Shown: piece by piece, positions 44,645 to 60,377 of the stretch
Position numbering within the stretch: position 1 is the first letter of the stretch
Layout: every line of letters starts with the position of its first letter
Assembly (NCBI RefSeq): GCF_009914755.1
Contig: NC_060928.1
Source: the human T2T-CHM13v2.0 reference genome, Homo sapiens
Length of the DNA: 64,000 nucleotides
Direction: 5' to 3' (one strand)
The notes under the pieces: generated by a model
Databases searched by the model: none
What the model was told of the DNA's origin: nothing
The model's input: the letters and a program-made list of their open reading frames with translations, nothing else
Position numbers and translations under genes: made by a program

Positions 44645-45674
44645 ACTAGTTTCTTTATTTGAGTCATTTTTACAGTTTTCCAGAACTGGGAGCCTGCCAT
44701 TTATTCACTGATTCCTCTGAGCAGGTGCCATGATGCCTCCTCCAATCATTAACATAATATACAGGCTGCAGAAGTCAGCTACTGGGTGGACATCAGGTGG
44801 CAGGACTATCCCTTGGCTGCTGCCACTACAACTTGCTTAGCATCATCGAGCAGTCTAGGAAAAGGGAGTTAATGTTGTCTGCATAGTCCGCTCAACACTA
44901 TATGCCCGTTCTTTATCTTCTGCTAGATTGAAAACCTGAACTGTTTCCATGGTTACAAAGGCCACTTGATGGGGCAAGGGGCACAATAAACATGGCATGG
45001 GGCATTTAACATGCTAAATGTCAGCTTTTGTCTGGGGCCACATCGTAAGAAATTAAAACAGGACTTGTGGAGTCTGCCTCGAGATGAGAGGGCAATTCTT
45101 GGTAAATCTATTCACACTCAGGTGCTGAACACTGCACTCCAGGCTGACAATCCCACCCAGCGCCCACCCTCAGATAAAATTCTTTCCATACTTGCCAGTG
45201 CTCAAAAGATAAAGTCCAAATTCTTCCACTTTTCTGTAAGACCTCAACAACCTGTTCTGGTGAAATTATGCATCTCCTGTAGACACACAGGTCCTTGGCT
45301 TAGCAAATTCCCCACTCTCTCTCCTTTGACTGGCAAACCTTACTGTTTTCTCTAGAGCCGGTTCATTTATCACTTTCTCATGTAGCCTTGGTGCCCCTAT
45401 CAGAATTTATATCCCCCACCCAAATCCTCCATGGCATTTATATTATGATATTGATTGGCTTACATGCCTTTCTCACCAACTGGGATAACATCTTTAACAA
45501 CAAGGCTTTGATATATGGAATTTACCTTTGTAACTCTCAGCACTGAAAACATGGTAGACACTCAAAAAATACCCATCAAAATAAATGAAACCGCCTATGA
45601 AGTATTCTTGCTCTAAAAACAAGAACCTGAATCTTTTAGATCTATCTTCTTGTTTAAATAAAAGATGACATCAG

Positions 45675-45880
45675 CACATAGAGGGAAACAACACACACTG
45701 GGGCTTCTCAGAGGGTGGAGGTTGGGAGGAGGGGGAGGATCGGGAGAAATAACTAATGGGTACTAGGCTTAATACCTGGGTGATGAAATAATCTGTACAA
45801 CAAACCCCCATGACACAAGTTTACCTATGTAACAAGCCTGCACATGTACGCCTAAATTTAAAATAAAAGTTAAAAATTTT
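45675..45880 (+). mobile_element. L1PA (old primate) 3' end inserted within older L1M sequence (~45570-46230)
   Basis: AACAACACACACTGGGGC...TAATACCTGGGTGATGAAATAATCTGTACAACAAACCCCCATGACAC...TAAAATAAAAGTTAAAA. Confidence 0.85.
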
Positions 45881-46251
45881 TTTTTAAAAAAAGAAAAGAC
45901 ATTGATGAAGGCACCAGAGAAATTGTACTATTAGGAGACAATCACAGCGTGGATTTTACAGACAGTTGATGTGGTTTCTGTAATAATTCAATGGCATGGG
46001 AAAAAAGGAAGGGGATAAGCTAGGGGCTCTTCTAGATAAAAGAGAAAACCATATGTTACAACCAAATGCAATGTGTCAATCAATTATAAAGACATTTTTG
46101 AGATGATTTGGGAAATCTAAGTATGGAGAGGGTATTAGATGATATTATTGTTCATTAAGTACAAAATAGTGTTTTGCTTATATATGAAATGTCCTTACTT
46201 AAGCATAAAACAACCTGATATAGAAGTTTTTCTTTAAAACACACTATAGCA

Positions 46252-46400
46252 GGCCAGGGATGGTAACTCACATCTGTAATCCCAGAGCTTGGGAGGCCGA
46301 GGTGGGAGGATCACTTGAGGCCTGAAGTTTCAGATTACAGTGATCTACGATCGGCCACTGCACTCCAGCTTGGGCAACAGAATGAGACCCTAATTCTAAA
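46252..46400 (+). mobile_element. Alu monomer (FRAM/FLAM/AluJ-derived)
   Basis: Single Alu arm of ~150 bp. Confidence 0.75.
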
Positions 46401-46479
46401 TTAATTAATTAAGTTAAATTAAGTACTACTGCAAAATTTTAAAAACTAATAAATATGCAAATAAGACATAACTGGGATA

Positions 46480-47269
46480 TGTGGCATAACAAAAAAATAA
46501 ATATTTGGTCTTTGTTCCTCCCACCTCTGTTTCTGGCACAGAGCTCCTAAATTTGCTTGGAATTTCCTGAGTGATAGGGGACTATCTTTTGTTATTCATA
46601 ACAAGTCCCTTTCAACCTCACCTAAGTTTATCTGATGAAGTGACTTATGGGGTGCCCTAGGTAGCGTCTGGATGGGGGTTAGCCACCAGCAGGGACACCA
46701 ACCTTGTGATTCGAGGGTTAGAACTTTCAGCCCCATGTCAGGACCTCTGAGGAGGGGAGAGGAGGTGGAAGTTGAGGTCAGTCACTAATGGCCAATGATT
46801 AAATCAATCACACCATGTAATGAAACCTCCGCACAAAACCTCTAAGTTGTGGGGTTCAGGGAGCTTCCAGGTTGAGAAGCCCCCCACCAACCATGACCCC
46901 CATATTTTGCTCCATGCATCTCTTCCATTTGGCTGTTCCTGAGCTGTATTTGTTATAATAAAATGGTAATTATAAGTAAGGCACTTTTGCTGAACTCTGT
47001 GAGTCATCCTAGATAATTACCAAATTTGATAGGGAGAGTAGCCTCACAATTCCCAATTTTGTAGTTGGCCAGGCAGAAATGCAGAGGTCCTGAGGACCCC
47101 CTTTCAGGCTGGCATCTGAAGTGGGGGCAGGCTTATGGGACTGAGCCCTTGATTTGTGGGGTCTGTACTAATGCCAGTTAATTAGTGACAGAATTGAATT
47201 GAACTGTAGGACATCCACCCAGTTCGTGTCAGAGAATGGGATAATTGATTATTGTTGAAAAATGACACA
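46480..47269 (+). mobile_element. MER21-like solo LTR
   Basis: TGTGG start; CTGGCACAGAGCTCCTAA..GGAATTTCCTGAGTGATAGG; GGCATCTGAAGTGGGGGCAG; ends ACACA. Confidence 0.7.
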
Positions 47270-47429
47270 AGGTAATTATGGCAAAATGTTGGTAATTGTT
47301 GCATCTATGAAATGAATATATGAGGGTTCATTAAACTATTCTTCTATTTTTGTGTGTTTGTTTCCTAATAAAAACATTAAAAACTTAAAAGAATATTATT
47401 TCCAGATTCATTTGCCTGTTCAAAGAGAA

Positions 47430-48097
47430 TATTTGTAAACTTTAGCCATCCTAGTAGGATGCAGTGGTATCTCACAGTGGTTTAAATGTACATCTCTTAC
47501 ATGATTAATGGTGGTGAACATTCTTACAGGTGTTTGTTGGGCATTTGTATACCTTCTTTTATAGAGCATTATTCCAAGATATTTTGCTGAAGGAAATGAA
47601 ACCTTTGCCCACAAAAGGACTTTTACAAGAAGATTCATGTCAATTTTATTCGTAATAGCATAAAATAGAATAAAATAAAGAAAATAATCCAAATGTTCAT
47701 CACCAGGAAAACAGATAAACAAATGGTGGTATACTATGCAATGGAATATCACCCAGCAATAACAAAGGAGAAACTACTGTTATACAAAACAACATAAATG
47801 AATCTTAAAATTATTGTGTTGAGCAAAAGATGCAAAACACAAAAGAATGCATATTTTGTTATTTTTAATAAGAATTTTGAGATCAGGCAAAATTGATCTG
47901 TGGGGATAAAACTAAAAAGAATGGCTATCAGGGGAAGTTGAATGATAAAAGGCAGCAGAGACCTTTCTGGGGTGACAGAAATGTTCTGTTATCTTGGTAA
48001 AGCTATTGGTTACACAGGTGTATACATTTTTCAAAACTCACCAGATTCTATGCTTAAGATCTGTGCATTTCACCGTATATAATTATAGTTCAATTTA
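47430..48097 (+). mobile_element. Old L1M 3' end with an inverted 5' segment (~47430-47560 antisense)
   Basis: Antisense TTTAGCCATCCTAGTAGGATGCAGTGGTATCTC abuts sense AAATGTTCATCACCAGGAAAACAGATAAACAAATGGTGGT...TAAGATCTGTGCATTTCAC. Confidence 0.65.
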
Positions 48098-50704
48098 GAG
48101 AGAGAGAGAGAGACAGCAATACCTAACACACAAAACATGGGTTGCTAGAAGTGGGATTTCAGACACTGGCAAGGGAGGTATTTTAAGATGGAAACGCATG
48201 CCTTCCTGGTCTTTCCTCCAGGTATGAACCTGTAATTCAGGACTCTCTGTGTTCACCCTGAAAAATCTCAATTCCCCTTTGCTTAGGTATCAATGCAGAG
48301 CAGCTGGCCACCCCTGAGATCTGAACTTCTCTTGCTGCAGACACAATCCAGAATTCTTAGTATGACACCATGGAAAACAGCGCTAGCTTTCTCTATGGGC
48401 CACACAAGTGACCCCACTACTGACATCCTCCTTGCATGAAGAAGCAGAAATATTATTAGCAATAAGTGGGCTGTATTTGACTGAAAGGAACACCGTAGAG
48501 AGGCATATGTTACTTTTCAATTCTAAGAGCTTATCTCGTGGAGTTCAAGGTTATCGGTTTGCACGACTTACCTATTGGACTTCTCTGGGAGTAGAAATGA
48601 AGGCTCAGTAAGGAGAAGGTCTAGAAGAAAAGAAAAGTTGTTTTGTAAATGTTGAGACTGCTATCTGTTTTGGTGTTAATGCACTAGAAATATATTACCT
48701 TAGTAGTATATTAACAATAAAGTGTGTTAATCCTCCCCAGGTGAAGGTATTGTGGTCCCCATTTTGGTAGTACAAAAATGAGCCTCAAAGGCATTAAGGA
48801 ACTAAGTCAAGGCCATTTAGCTGGCAAGTCATAGAGATGGGTGTGGGGGATCATATCCCTCAGGCCTCATCATTGTATTGCACCCCGGCAGACTTCTAAC
48901 AGGAGTATGTAAACCCAGTTAACAGGGAGTGGAAGGACTTTCTCTGGAGCTCTGAAGGCCACTATGCCTGTCCTTAGCAGCAGCTCTTAACCAGTTACTA
49001 ATGGAAGTTACTATGCAAATATCCCAGCCCCCTCCCCTTGGGTGGGCTGCCTCTGAGATGCACGTCTACACTGAATTCCACATCTGCCCAGTGAGAGTAA
49101 GTTTCCACTGCCTTTGGCTTCTGTTGTGGCTGGCTGGATAGCACGCCCTTTGTGGGCTGCATTTTCTTCTCTGTGTCTCTTCCTCAACTGGCACGTCCCA
49201 CCAGAAACTCCTTCACCGTGAGTCCTTGTGTCAGTCTGATTCTGTGGAACTCAAGCTAAAATGTGAAATTCACACCTAGGGTTTTTGATTTCACAATCTA
49301 TTCTTCTACCATACTATAAATTACAGGTCAGACTGTTGGAAATAGTGATATTTGACCATTTTTTAACCAATAGAAATGGCAGTATCATACAGTTCAACTG
49401 ACTCACAGTAGGAGTATGTGTACATCAATATAAACACTCAAAAATGCATGTATACACAAAATGCACATATGTGCATGTAATAGAAACATAATATGCTTTT
49501 TATAATGTAAGGAGGCCAGCCACGTGGACTTTCTAAAGCAAAAGTCTTTGTATCTCTTCCTTTACTAAATCCTTCAGTAATTATATCATCCCCTTGGCAA
49601 AATCCAGGCTCTCTAGCATGATATAGATATCCCATTATCTTCTGGCTCCAGCCCTTTTCTTTGGCTTGTACTCTGCCCTCTTTGTTTTGTTTGACATTAC
49701 TAAACTGCTTAGAATTAAATAATAAAAGAAAAAAGAAAAACACTGGACTATTTCATCATCTTTTCCTGCTCAACAGCCAGTTTTTCTTGTGGCTCCCTTT
49801 TCCCAAAGCAAATGAGTCCAGCCCTCCCAGGACCAGCTCTTTACCTTGGAAATAAATCCATGAGTGTATCAATTACATTGAACTATAATATTTTCATTTG
49901 CTTGACTCGTTCCCTTATCAGAATGTGAGCTCCTAAGTCCAAGACCTGGTTTGATCTTCTCTGCATGCCTACTGTCTACCATAGAACCTGATGCATAAAA
50001 GGTGCTCACTAAATGATGTTGAATGAAGATGAAGTCAGATTTGAACTTTGTCATCTAGGCTCCAGTAAAGCATTGTGCAGAAGGTATGTGAGCAATGCCA
50101 ATTTCTTTACAGTGCATAGGGACTTTATACTCAGAAACAAAAATAAAGATGCATGACTTTCTGATACCTGGCCCCCAAACCAGGTCTGAATATTTGACAC
50201 AAACTATCCAGGGAAAATGGAGCTATGCTGAAACTGTGACATCTGAAGTCAGGCTGCGTGGGCTCAATCTCCAGCTCTACCACTAACGAGGAGTATGACC
50301 TCAGGCAAGTCTCTCCCACTTTGTGCCTAAGTTGCTTCTTCTGGAAAGGAGGATACTAAAAGATCCCACGTCAAAGAGTTGTTGCAAAGATAGTTCGGTT
50401 TTGGCAATAAATACAGGCTATGGATAGCAATAATGCTAGCAAGTCCACAGCCTTTATCTGCATTTCATGTAAACTCTGAGCCTCAGTCTCTGTATCTATA
50501 CTCAAGGGATAACTTATGAATTACTGAAACCAATGTTCATATATCTGACATGCTCAGCACAGTACCATGTCTAAGGAAATCACAGAGATGAAGATAAGAC
50601 ACAGGACTTTTCCTCATGGAGTTTCTTGTCTGATGAAGGAATACAGGGAAGTGGAAATGTCATGAAAGCTGAGAACTGAGGGTAAGCTAAGTTAGAAGAA
50701 AGGG

Positions 50705-51080
<376 letters not shown>

Positions 51081-51253
51081 CTAAGAGCAATGAATCAGGA
51101 AAGTAACTCGATCTGAGTGAATTTTAGTTGAGATCACTCAGTCTGCCACGTGCAAAATGGAATTTAACGGGGAAGGCGGGAGCAGAATGATCTCACAGGC
51201 AGCATTTACAGCCAGTCATCCCTGCAAGAACCAGGAAAATGACAGTGAGTATG

Positions 51254-51672
51254 TGTATTAGATTCCTAGGGCTGCCATAACTAGGTATTCAAAGTTGGTG
51301 GCTTCAAACAACAGAAATAGATTCTCTTATAGCTTTGGAGTCTAGGATTCCAAGTCAAGGTTTTGCCGGGTTTGAGCTCTCTCTGAATGCTTTAGGGAAG
51401 GATCCTTCCTCACTTCTTGCTAGTTTTTCATGATTGCAGCAATCTCCACCTTCTTCCTGTATGTCTTTTTCTCTGTGTCCAAATTCCCGCCACCCCCCCT
51501 TTTTTTTTTTTAAATAAGAATACCAGTCATTGAATTAGGGTCAACCCTACTCCAGTCTGATTTTAACTTGATTGCGTACGTAAAGACCCTTTTTCCAAAT
51601 AAGGTCACATTCATAGGTACTGGGGTTTAGGACCTAAACTTATCTTTTTAGTGGGGCAAAATTCAACCTACA
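51254..51672 (-). mobile_element. MaLR solo LTR (MLT1-type)
   Basis: TGTATTAGATTCCTAGGGCTGCCATAAC...CCAAATAAGGTCACATTCATAGGTACTGGGG...AATTCAACCTACA. Confidence 0.8.
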
Positions 51673-52129
51673 AAAGGCTGGCATTAAATAAGTAAACTCA
51701 GGAGATTATTACTAATTTACTGATTCACTGGGAATGGTGAAGGATATGGAAGAATAAAAGATATTATCCAAAAAGCAGACATGGGAAAATAGTAGGTGAA
51801 ATATGAATAGTAGGTGAATAATGGTTCAATTCACTTTTAAGTGGGAGAAGTAACGTGGGAGAAGTCCAGATTTCATGGAACAGATGACATGGAGTTTTAA
51901 ACCTGCTGCTGGAGACACCATCTTTTGAAGCTTTGAAAGCCTTGAGGAACAGCTGTCGGGGTAGAATTTGAGAACTGGGGATTGGATTTCTAGATGGTAG
52001 AGCTTCCACAGTAAACACTAAGAAGCAAAACTTGAGATGAGGCGGAGGTGAATGTTTCAGTAGGTTTGAAAAAGCATGAAATTTGGAATCATAAGCCTTA
52101 CGTTCTGAATGTTTAGAAATTACATGTGA

Positions 52130-52686
<557 letters not shown>

Positions 52687-54229
52687 TTCTAGATGAATGT
52701 AATGATGCTCATTATAATATTTAGGTAATATTTTAGTTTATAGAATATTACTACATGCATTAAATGATTTGGACCTTACAATAACCCTAAGATGAGATGA
52801 AGTAACTTGTCCTAAGTCCCATAGCGAACAAGGGGCAAACATAGCAGGGAAGCCCAGGTCTCTGGTTCCAAGGCTACTGCTCATTTCATGGCACCTCACT
52901 GCCTCTAAGAGGTTCCTTGATTGGAACTCCTCATTACTATGCTTGCTTTCTTGGCAACAGCCAGTCACACAGTGCCTTTTAGATTTCTCATACATATCAG
53001 CGTGGAGGAACCCATTTTCCTCAGCTCAAAAGACCACCCTCCTTAAAAAGTAGACACTCCCCAAAATATATGGATTTAAATCCTCTTCAACATGGTGTAA
53101 TATTATTTTTCCAGAGAAAAAGAGCAATGTATCTTTGAAAGCAACTAAAGGTCCCCTAGATTATAAAGAGCCAGATGAAAAGCAGAAAATGACTGCAAAA
53201 AAGCACTAAACAAATTTTTGAACCTAAAAATAAAATTCCAAATATTGCTTTTAAAATTCTGATCAAAATAAAATAAATTAGAATCACAGATTTTTCTACA
53301 AGTATTTAAGAGGCCAAGGGCAGTCTCACATTTATATCATAACATATAAATATTATTATAACAATAAACAGGACCTTTGGGAGTTATTTAATACATTTTC
53401 CTTTCTCAAGAATAGTTGTATCTAATTCAGTGCTTCTCGAAGTTTACTCCATAGATGTTAATAAACATTATTTGTTTTAAAAGAATGGGCGATGGTGGGA
53501 AACCTTAGATGAAGTTAAATAGATTTACTTTTTGCAGGACTTTTCAGGGCCTTTGATATGCTAACATGTTTATTGAATCCCTAAGGAGAGGGATGGCATG
53601 AATGGATATTTGCTAAACTTATTTGATCGTAAAACCCTTTTATCGCATAAGAGCATGAAGACTAGCATATCATAAAATATACTTTAGGAAACAATCATTT
53701 AAGTAATCAAAAGGATAAATTTTTACCTAATTTTAAAAATCAGAATCCGAGATTTCTGTGTTTCTTTCCATGTCTTATTTCTATATTTAACTTTAATATC
53801 AACCACATTCTCCTTTAATATGGGACTCAAGTTTTAGCTCCTGCAATGCAAATCATATGCAGCCAGTAAGTATTTATTGAGAGCTTACTATGTGTTGGAC
53901 TGCTCTAGGTACCAGCCTCTGAAGATAGATAAGACAGCAAATATATTCTCAAAGTAATATGTCTTTTCTAAAAGTGAAGTCTTTCGCTCCCTCATTCTTC
54001 TGAAGTCTACATTCAAGAACTGCAATTCTTCTTGCTTCTTGCATAATTGATCTGAACCCCCTTTTTAATGCACTTTCCAAGGGGCAGAGATCAGAGGGTC
54101 TGTCAGATCAAAGTTCTCATTTTGTAAATGGAAGAGTGAAACACGAAGGGAGAAATAACTGGTTCAAAATTACAGAAGAGTTAAAGATGGAGGTGAGATC
54201 AAACTCAAGATCAGTGGATCAGTGTGAGC

Positions 54230-54673
<444 letters not shown>

Positions 54674-55304
54674 AACTAAATACTTTTTTTAAAGCAATCA
54701 GTCACCTTCTTTTGGCTATACCAACCAGTCTTTTTTCCTTTTGCTCAGTTCTCAAGTCCATAGGTTATAGCGTCTGCATACTTAGAACAATAGTGTGACC
54801 GATTCTTGATGAAATGCAAGGAACTGCTTGCAGTTCCAACATCCAAAACTTTTATCCACGGAAAGTGACTGAAATGGAGACAAGCATGGACTCAAATTCT
54901 ATCTCTGTTATTAACCAGCAGTGAGAATAGGAAAAAGTTTTTAAAATGCTCCAGGCCTCAGTTTACCCATCTCTTTAAGAAGGGCAACAGTAACAACTAC
55001 TACTACAACTACAATAAAATTACAGAATTGAAATGCCCAACTTGAAGGTTATCCTCAATAAATATTATTAAAACTGAAAATATATATCCGTAAGTTCATT
55101 TAACAAGTTCACTAGGCTTAATCTCATTCTCTATGACACCCATAATCTAAGGCAGTGTTGGCCATTACATACCCTGCATGCTGCTTCACTACCTTGCTCT
55201 CTTCAACAGAACCTTTCCCCAGGGCAAGAAAGAATGGGAGGTTCAAGCAACTCTCTGAGACAGGTGGTAAAAAGAGTGAAGACAAGACACAAATGAACAT
55301 CTCA

Positions 55305-55610
55305 GTCAGGCACGTTCATCTGTAATCCCAGCACTTTGGGAGGCCAAGGCAGGTGATCGCTTGAGTCCAGGAGTTCAAGACCAGCCTGGACAACATGGCA
55401 AAACCCCCATCTCTACCAAAAATACAGAAAAATTAGCCAGGCATGCATGGTGGTGCATGCCTGTAGTCCCAGCTACTTGGGAGGCTTAGGTGGGAGAATC
55501 ACTTGAGCCCATAAGGTCAAGACTGCAGACAGCAGTGATCTCACCACTGCACTCCAGCCTGGGGGACAGTGAGACCCTGTCTCAAGAAAAACAAAAACAA
55601 AATTAAACAA
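55305..55610 (+). mobile_element. AluJ
   Basis: GATCGCTTGAGTCCAGGAG, GGTCAAGACTGCAG and an (AAAAC)n tail. Confidence 0.85.
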
Positions 55611-58600
55611 AACCAAAAATGTCCCAACAAGCTGTTGCATTACACATGCATCATATTGTTTCATTTTATAGCTGTATGTACATCTTATACATAAGCCTCT
55701 GAGAACAAGGAATTTGTTTTATTCTTTTTTGTATCATTCAGGCACATTACATGAAGCAGTTCTTAACACGGAGCCTCACACACATACACTAAGCACCTAC
55801 TACCTGCAGGCTAGAAGGAATCAACGAGGAATGAATGGGTCCCCTGTCATTTGCACTCCTGAGGTTCTGGTCCATTTCTCCTTGTGTTCTCCTTAAGCTC
55901 ATTTCTGAACCAGAGCTGCCCCCTGCCTTTGCATACCCATCTGCTTCCTTTATCTATTGGGGTAGTTTTGCTTTTCTCCCTGAATCAAACCACCAGTATT
56001 CAATCAAGACTTGTTACAACACAGTCCAGCCAAGGGATGCTCAGGCAAAGAATTACCTACAGCATCTTAGCAGATCCCAGCTAAATAAAGCACATCATAC
56101 ATTTGACATAAAAGCAAGATTGTGACTATATCTCACCTTAGAGCAAACAGCAGGGCTTTGAGACATGAAGAAGGGTGGGAAAAATTACTTACTCACTGCA
56201 GACCATTAGGCCAGAAACTAGAAAACGAGAGCGATCTGTTAGTGTGGGATTTGACACACCAGAAGTGCCTGCTGTCAATGAAACATCCATCTTCAGATCA
56301 AACTGGCAGTCTATGAGGAAGGCTGCCAAGCCCTGCCATCTGAGTTGAGTCTCATCACCGACACTTGGGTGCTGCTTTCTCTATGACAAAGTTTCCAATA
56401 AAAAAGCCTCAGGGACTTGGGCTCTGCAGACACGTGTCTGTAATTTCTCTTGACATCTTACAGAAAGTGGAGATAAGGCGTGGCCACTGTCAGTTGAACT
56501 GAAGCAGGTCAGTCCTTTAGAGAGATAGTTCAGGGGCAGTCTTCGGTGCTTACAGGCTGGCTGGCAGCACAGAAAGTCTCCTCTTCCTGGAATCTTGCCC
56601 TACCTCACTCCATCCTGCTGGGATCATTCACTTGCCCCATTTACACTTGGTCTGCACCAGACCATTACACATTTGTTTTAGATCCTTGGGTAGTTTCTAT
56701 AGTTGTTCTATATCCATAGTTAAGACTCAGTAAATCCCACCTTAGCCATCAAGGCTTTTCCCATAGCTGCCTGAAGCCCTGGCCAAGGTAACCTCTCATT
56801 CACCTTGGAGGGATGGGATATTGAGCTTTAGAGTCGGGAGAACTTGAATTCAAAGTGTATGTCCAACACTAACCACATGATCCCAGACAACACTGAGCAT
56901 CCCTTTTGTACCTATGGGGGACAATAATCACATCCAGATAAAATAATGTGTGATATAATGGAATGATTGGAAACAAGCCAAATGTCTCATAAGGGCTGGT
57001 TGTATAAATTACGGCATATGCATACCTTGTGGGGAGCTTCTGTATTTCTGATGTTTCCTTTGATATGGAGGGAGCTCCACTAGAGTAACCTCTATTCCTC
57101 TCTATCCCTTTTCTTACTCTTCCACAGAAAATCAGGGGTGACTTTTCTCATTGATGAGTTTGGGAACAATCAACTGGATGTGCTTAGCCAGTCTCTCCCT
57201 CCCATGTCTTAGGAATGAGATGCTTGCAGAGGTTCTTGTTCTCTACGGGAACCACACTTGCCTGTTCAGTGCTGCCTGGGGCTGGGGAGGGAATTCTCTC
57301 TAATTCTGGGGTTCAGTATCAGTCAGTCTACCAGTCTTCAGCTAATAGCTGCTGCACCTTCATCATCAGGAATGAAGGTGATATTCATTTCTCAAATAAT
57401 TCAGAACTCAGGTAAGAAAAATGGTTGCTATTTGGAGGGTCCTCCCAAAGTCCCAACATAATACCATGAAATAATTTAAGTTTAAAATAATGTAATATAT
57501 GTATGTTTATTGACATAGAAAGATAAAATGATGTTCATTATAAATTGATGGCATAAAGATAATAAAACAGAAAGAATGGTATAATTCTTTTAGTTTAAAA
57601 TATATATACTTATGTATACGCAACATGTAACAACAGGAAAAAATCTGAAATGACAGCGTGAACTTTTAATAGCAAATATCTTGAGGCAGTAGAATGATGG
57701 GTGTTTTTTAATATTCTTCTTTTAGATCATGAGCATTTTAAAAGAATCTACAATAAAAGTATATTCCTGAAAATACCACAGTTATTTATTTGCTAAAAAA
57801 TAAAAGACATTTTCAAAATTGTCAAAAACACAAATGTCTCCCAATTACCTCTTCAGGAGTTCATTGCTTGGATTGTTAGCTCAAGTAAGAAGTAATTATA
57901 TATTTGTTGGGGACCATCTGGTGTCACTGGTTTTAAATGGACAAGTTTCTACAGGCTATAAATCCCTTTGAGTTTTAGAATACTAAGGATGAAAAAAAAA
58001 AGCTCCTTCAAAATTTGAATAATGCTGTATGCTCAGTATGTGTCAAATAAAAGGGAAAGGATACAGTGATTAATAAGCAAAGCACATAAAAATGTAGAAT
58101 TGTCTCTCTAGACAGCACCTTAGAGTTGCCCTGGCCCTTCCCTCTGCTTTCACCGTGGCAGCTACTGATGGGTGGTAATGGCCTTTTTCTTTCCCAGTCC
58201 ATAGCTCAGTTGCATCCTCTACTCCAAGAAGCCACTACATATTCATCAGCTTTGGCAGAACAAATGACACCTTTTGCCCATCTCTCCTCTATCTGAACCA
58301 TCTGTTTCAGAGATGAGGAAACTGAGACATGTGACAGTGAAGTGGCTTTCAAAAAATCACATGGCTGATGACAGACTCTGATACCAAATCTTTAGTTCCA
58401 TCCAAAACACTTTTACTGAGCCCCTAACATGAGTAGATCACTGACCTAGGCTTTGTGGAGCTGGTTAGGATAGGATAGGAGAATGTATTCACATGCCTTC
58501 AAGAAGTTTACGATCTACTCAGAGTTACTCTGATGCATAAAGGAAGATCATAAAACCACATATAATGCAAGAAATTGAGGTACAAGGAGAGATCAGAGAA

Positions 58601-60163
58601 AAAAGGACTAATCGTGATTGGAAAGATTGAGAAACCCAGTGGTCAATCTACTACGCTGGAAAAACTGTATACTACAAATATAAACCTAGCACATAATAGG
58701 TGCTCAATAAAGGCTGACTGAAAAAATTAGTAGATAAATATTAAAATATATATATAGTCTTCAAATAATTTATATATAAATCACTTATATACAATCAAAC
58801 CATTTCATTCAAATTATATTGAGATTTTAATAATTTATATATGAGTATACATACATTTATATGTAATTTATATATAAAAATAAACTTAAAAAGATATACA
58901 GTCTTCAAATCATTTTACATAATGATGACAGTTACCATAATGTGTATCAGACCCTGCACTGTTTTACATATATGATCTTACTTGATTTCTTCCAATCTTA
59001 TGAAGTAGTTTATGGGTAATAGAAAATAAAAAAACAATAACAGCTAAAATTTTATTTCATGGGCTAGGTAATCGTCTGAGTGGTTTGCACATATTATCTG
59101 ACTTAATTCTTAGAACAGTCTCATGAATTAGGTCCTATTATCTTTTACAAATGAGAAAATGGAGGCAGAAAGGGACTGATTAGTGGACGCAGAGTCGCCC
59201 AGCTCCTAGGCAGAGCAGCTGAGAAAGAAACTGAGGCAAACACAGGCTGTCTGACCCCATAAATCACTGGGCGCATTATACTATACAGTCTGGGGGTGGA
59301 CGTACACCCTGCACGGATGTAGAGGGGGCTCTAAGACTCAGGCACAGAGAAGCACAAGCAGGCCCACAGAGGTCAGCAGTAGGGAGACCACTCAGAGACC
59401 ACTCATACCTAGGGAATGGTGGGTCCTCTGGATTGTGGTGTTTGACTTCAGACCAGCAAAAAACCTTTTGTGGCTGCCTCAAAGAATAGAGGAGAGGGTA
59501 TAATTCAGATCATTTCTAGAAACTGTTTATGTAAAATGTCCTTATGATTCAGTGAACCTATGATATTTCCTTTAAAATTATCCATGAAGGGCAGAAGCAA
59601 ATGTGCACCCCCTTTTCCAGCTGTACAGTGGGTCTGCTGGGGCTGAGGGCCCACTTGCTTAAGCTGAGCAGCTATGCCCCAAAGTGCCACTCAAGTCAGC
59701 TGTGGAAAGAATTGATTTGGAAGTCACCTATGGCAGCTGGAATCTCCTTCTGTCACGTCCAACCTGGCAGACTCCTACATGCTTTTCCAGGGCCAGTGGA
59801 CAGTGTGAGCCTGGGACAGATAGCGGCACGATGGGCTTATTCCTGAAAGGGCCACAAGTGTGCTTTGGTGTTGGCCTCAGACGACTTCTGCAACTGCCAA
59901 ACTACTAATCACATGTCTTTCCAATCAATGACCACATTGTCATTAAAAGCAAGACTACCAGGCATCACTGCTATTGCATTTACTTTGAAAATACAAGGCT
60001 GGCTGTGGAATGTTAAGGCAGGTAGACCATTGGGGGATGGGAAGCATTTCCTTAGATGGGGAACTGAAGGAAGGGAAGGTGTTCTGAGGAGAGGGGAAAG
60101 CAGAAATAAAAACTAGAAAAAGGAAAGGTACAAGATGTAATGAGGAGTTTCTGAGTAACCTGG

Positions 60164-60231
60164 TATATTAGTTTGATAGGACTCCCATAGCAAAGTACCG
60201 CAAAGTGGGTGGCTTAGAAATTTATTGTCTT
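60164..60231 (-). mobile_element. MLT1 LTR end, cut by the L1 insertion
   Basis: TATATTAGTTTGATAGGACTCCCATAGCAAAGTACCGCAAAGTGGGTGGCTTAGAAATTTATTGTCTT aligns by eye with the MLT1 start at 51254 and stops abruptly. Confidence 0.75.
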
Positions 60232-60377
60232 GGCCATTTTCCTCCGGAAGTGCGGATCCCAGCGGCGGTCCTGTAGCTGAGCAGGCCTGTGGCTTGGTTC
60301 TATGTCCCTGTGGCTATGTTTCCAGTGTCCTCTGGGTGTTTCCAAGAGCGGCAAGAAACGAATAAATCTCTGTTTTA
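60232..60377 (+). other. Non-L1, non-MLT1 146-nt segment fused to the L1 5' end (putative 5' transduction)
   Basis: Begins GGCCATTTTCCTCCGGAAGTGCGG (YY1-like and ETS motifs), contains 6 CpGs, and sits between the MLT1 break and L1 nucleotide 1. Confidence 0.75.

Noticed and set aside
60361-60366. AATAAA just before the L1 as a functional poly(A) site or processed pseudogene end
   Set aside because: No poly-A tail or separate TSD follows; better explained as part of the transduced segment.
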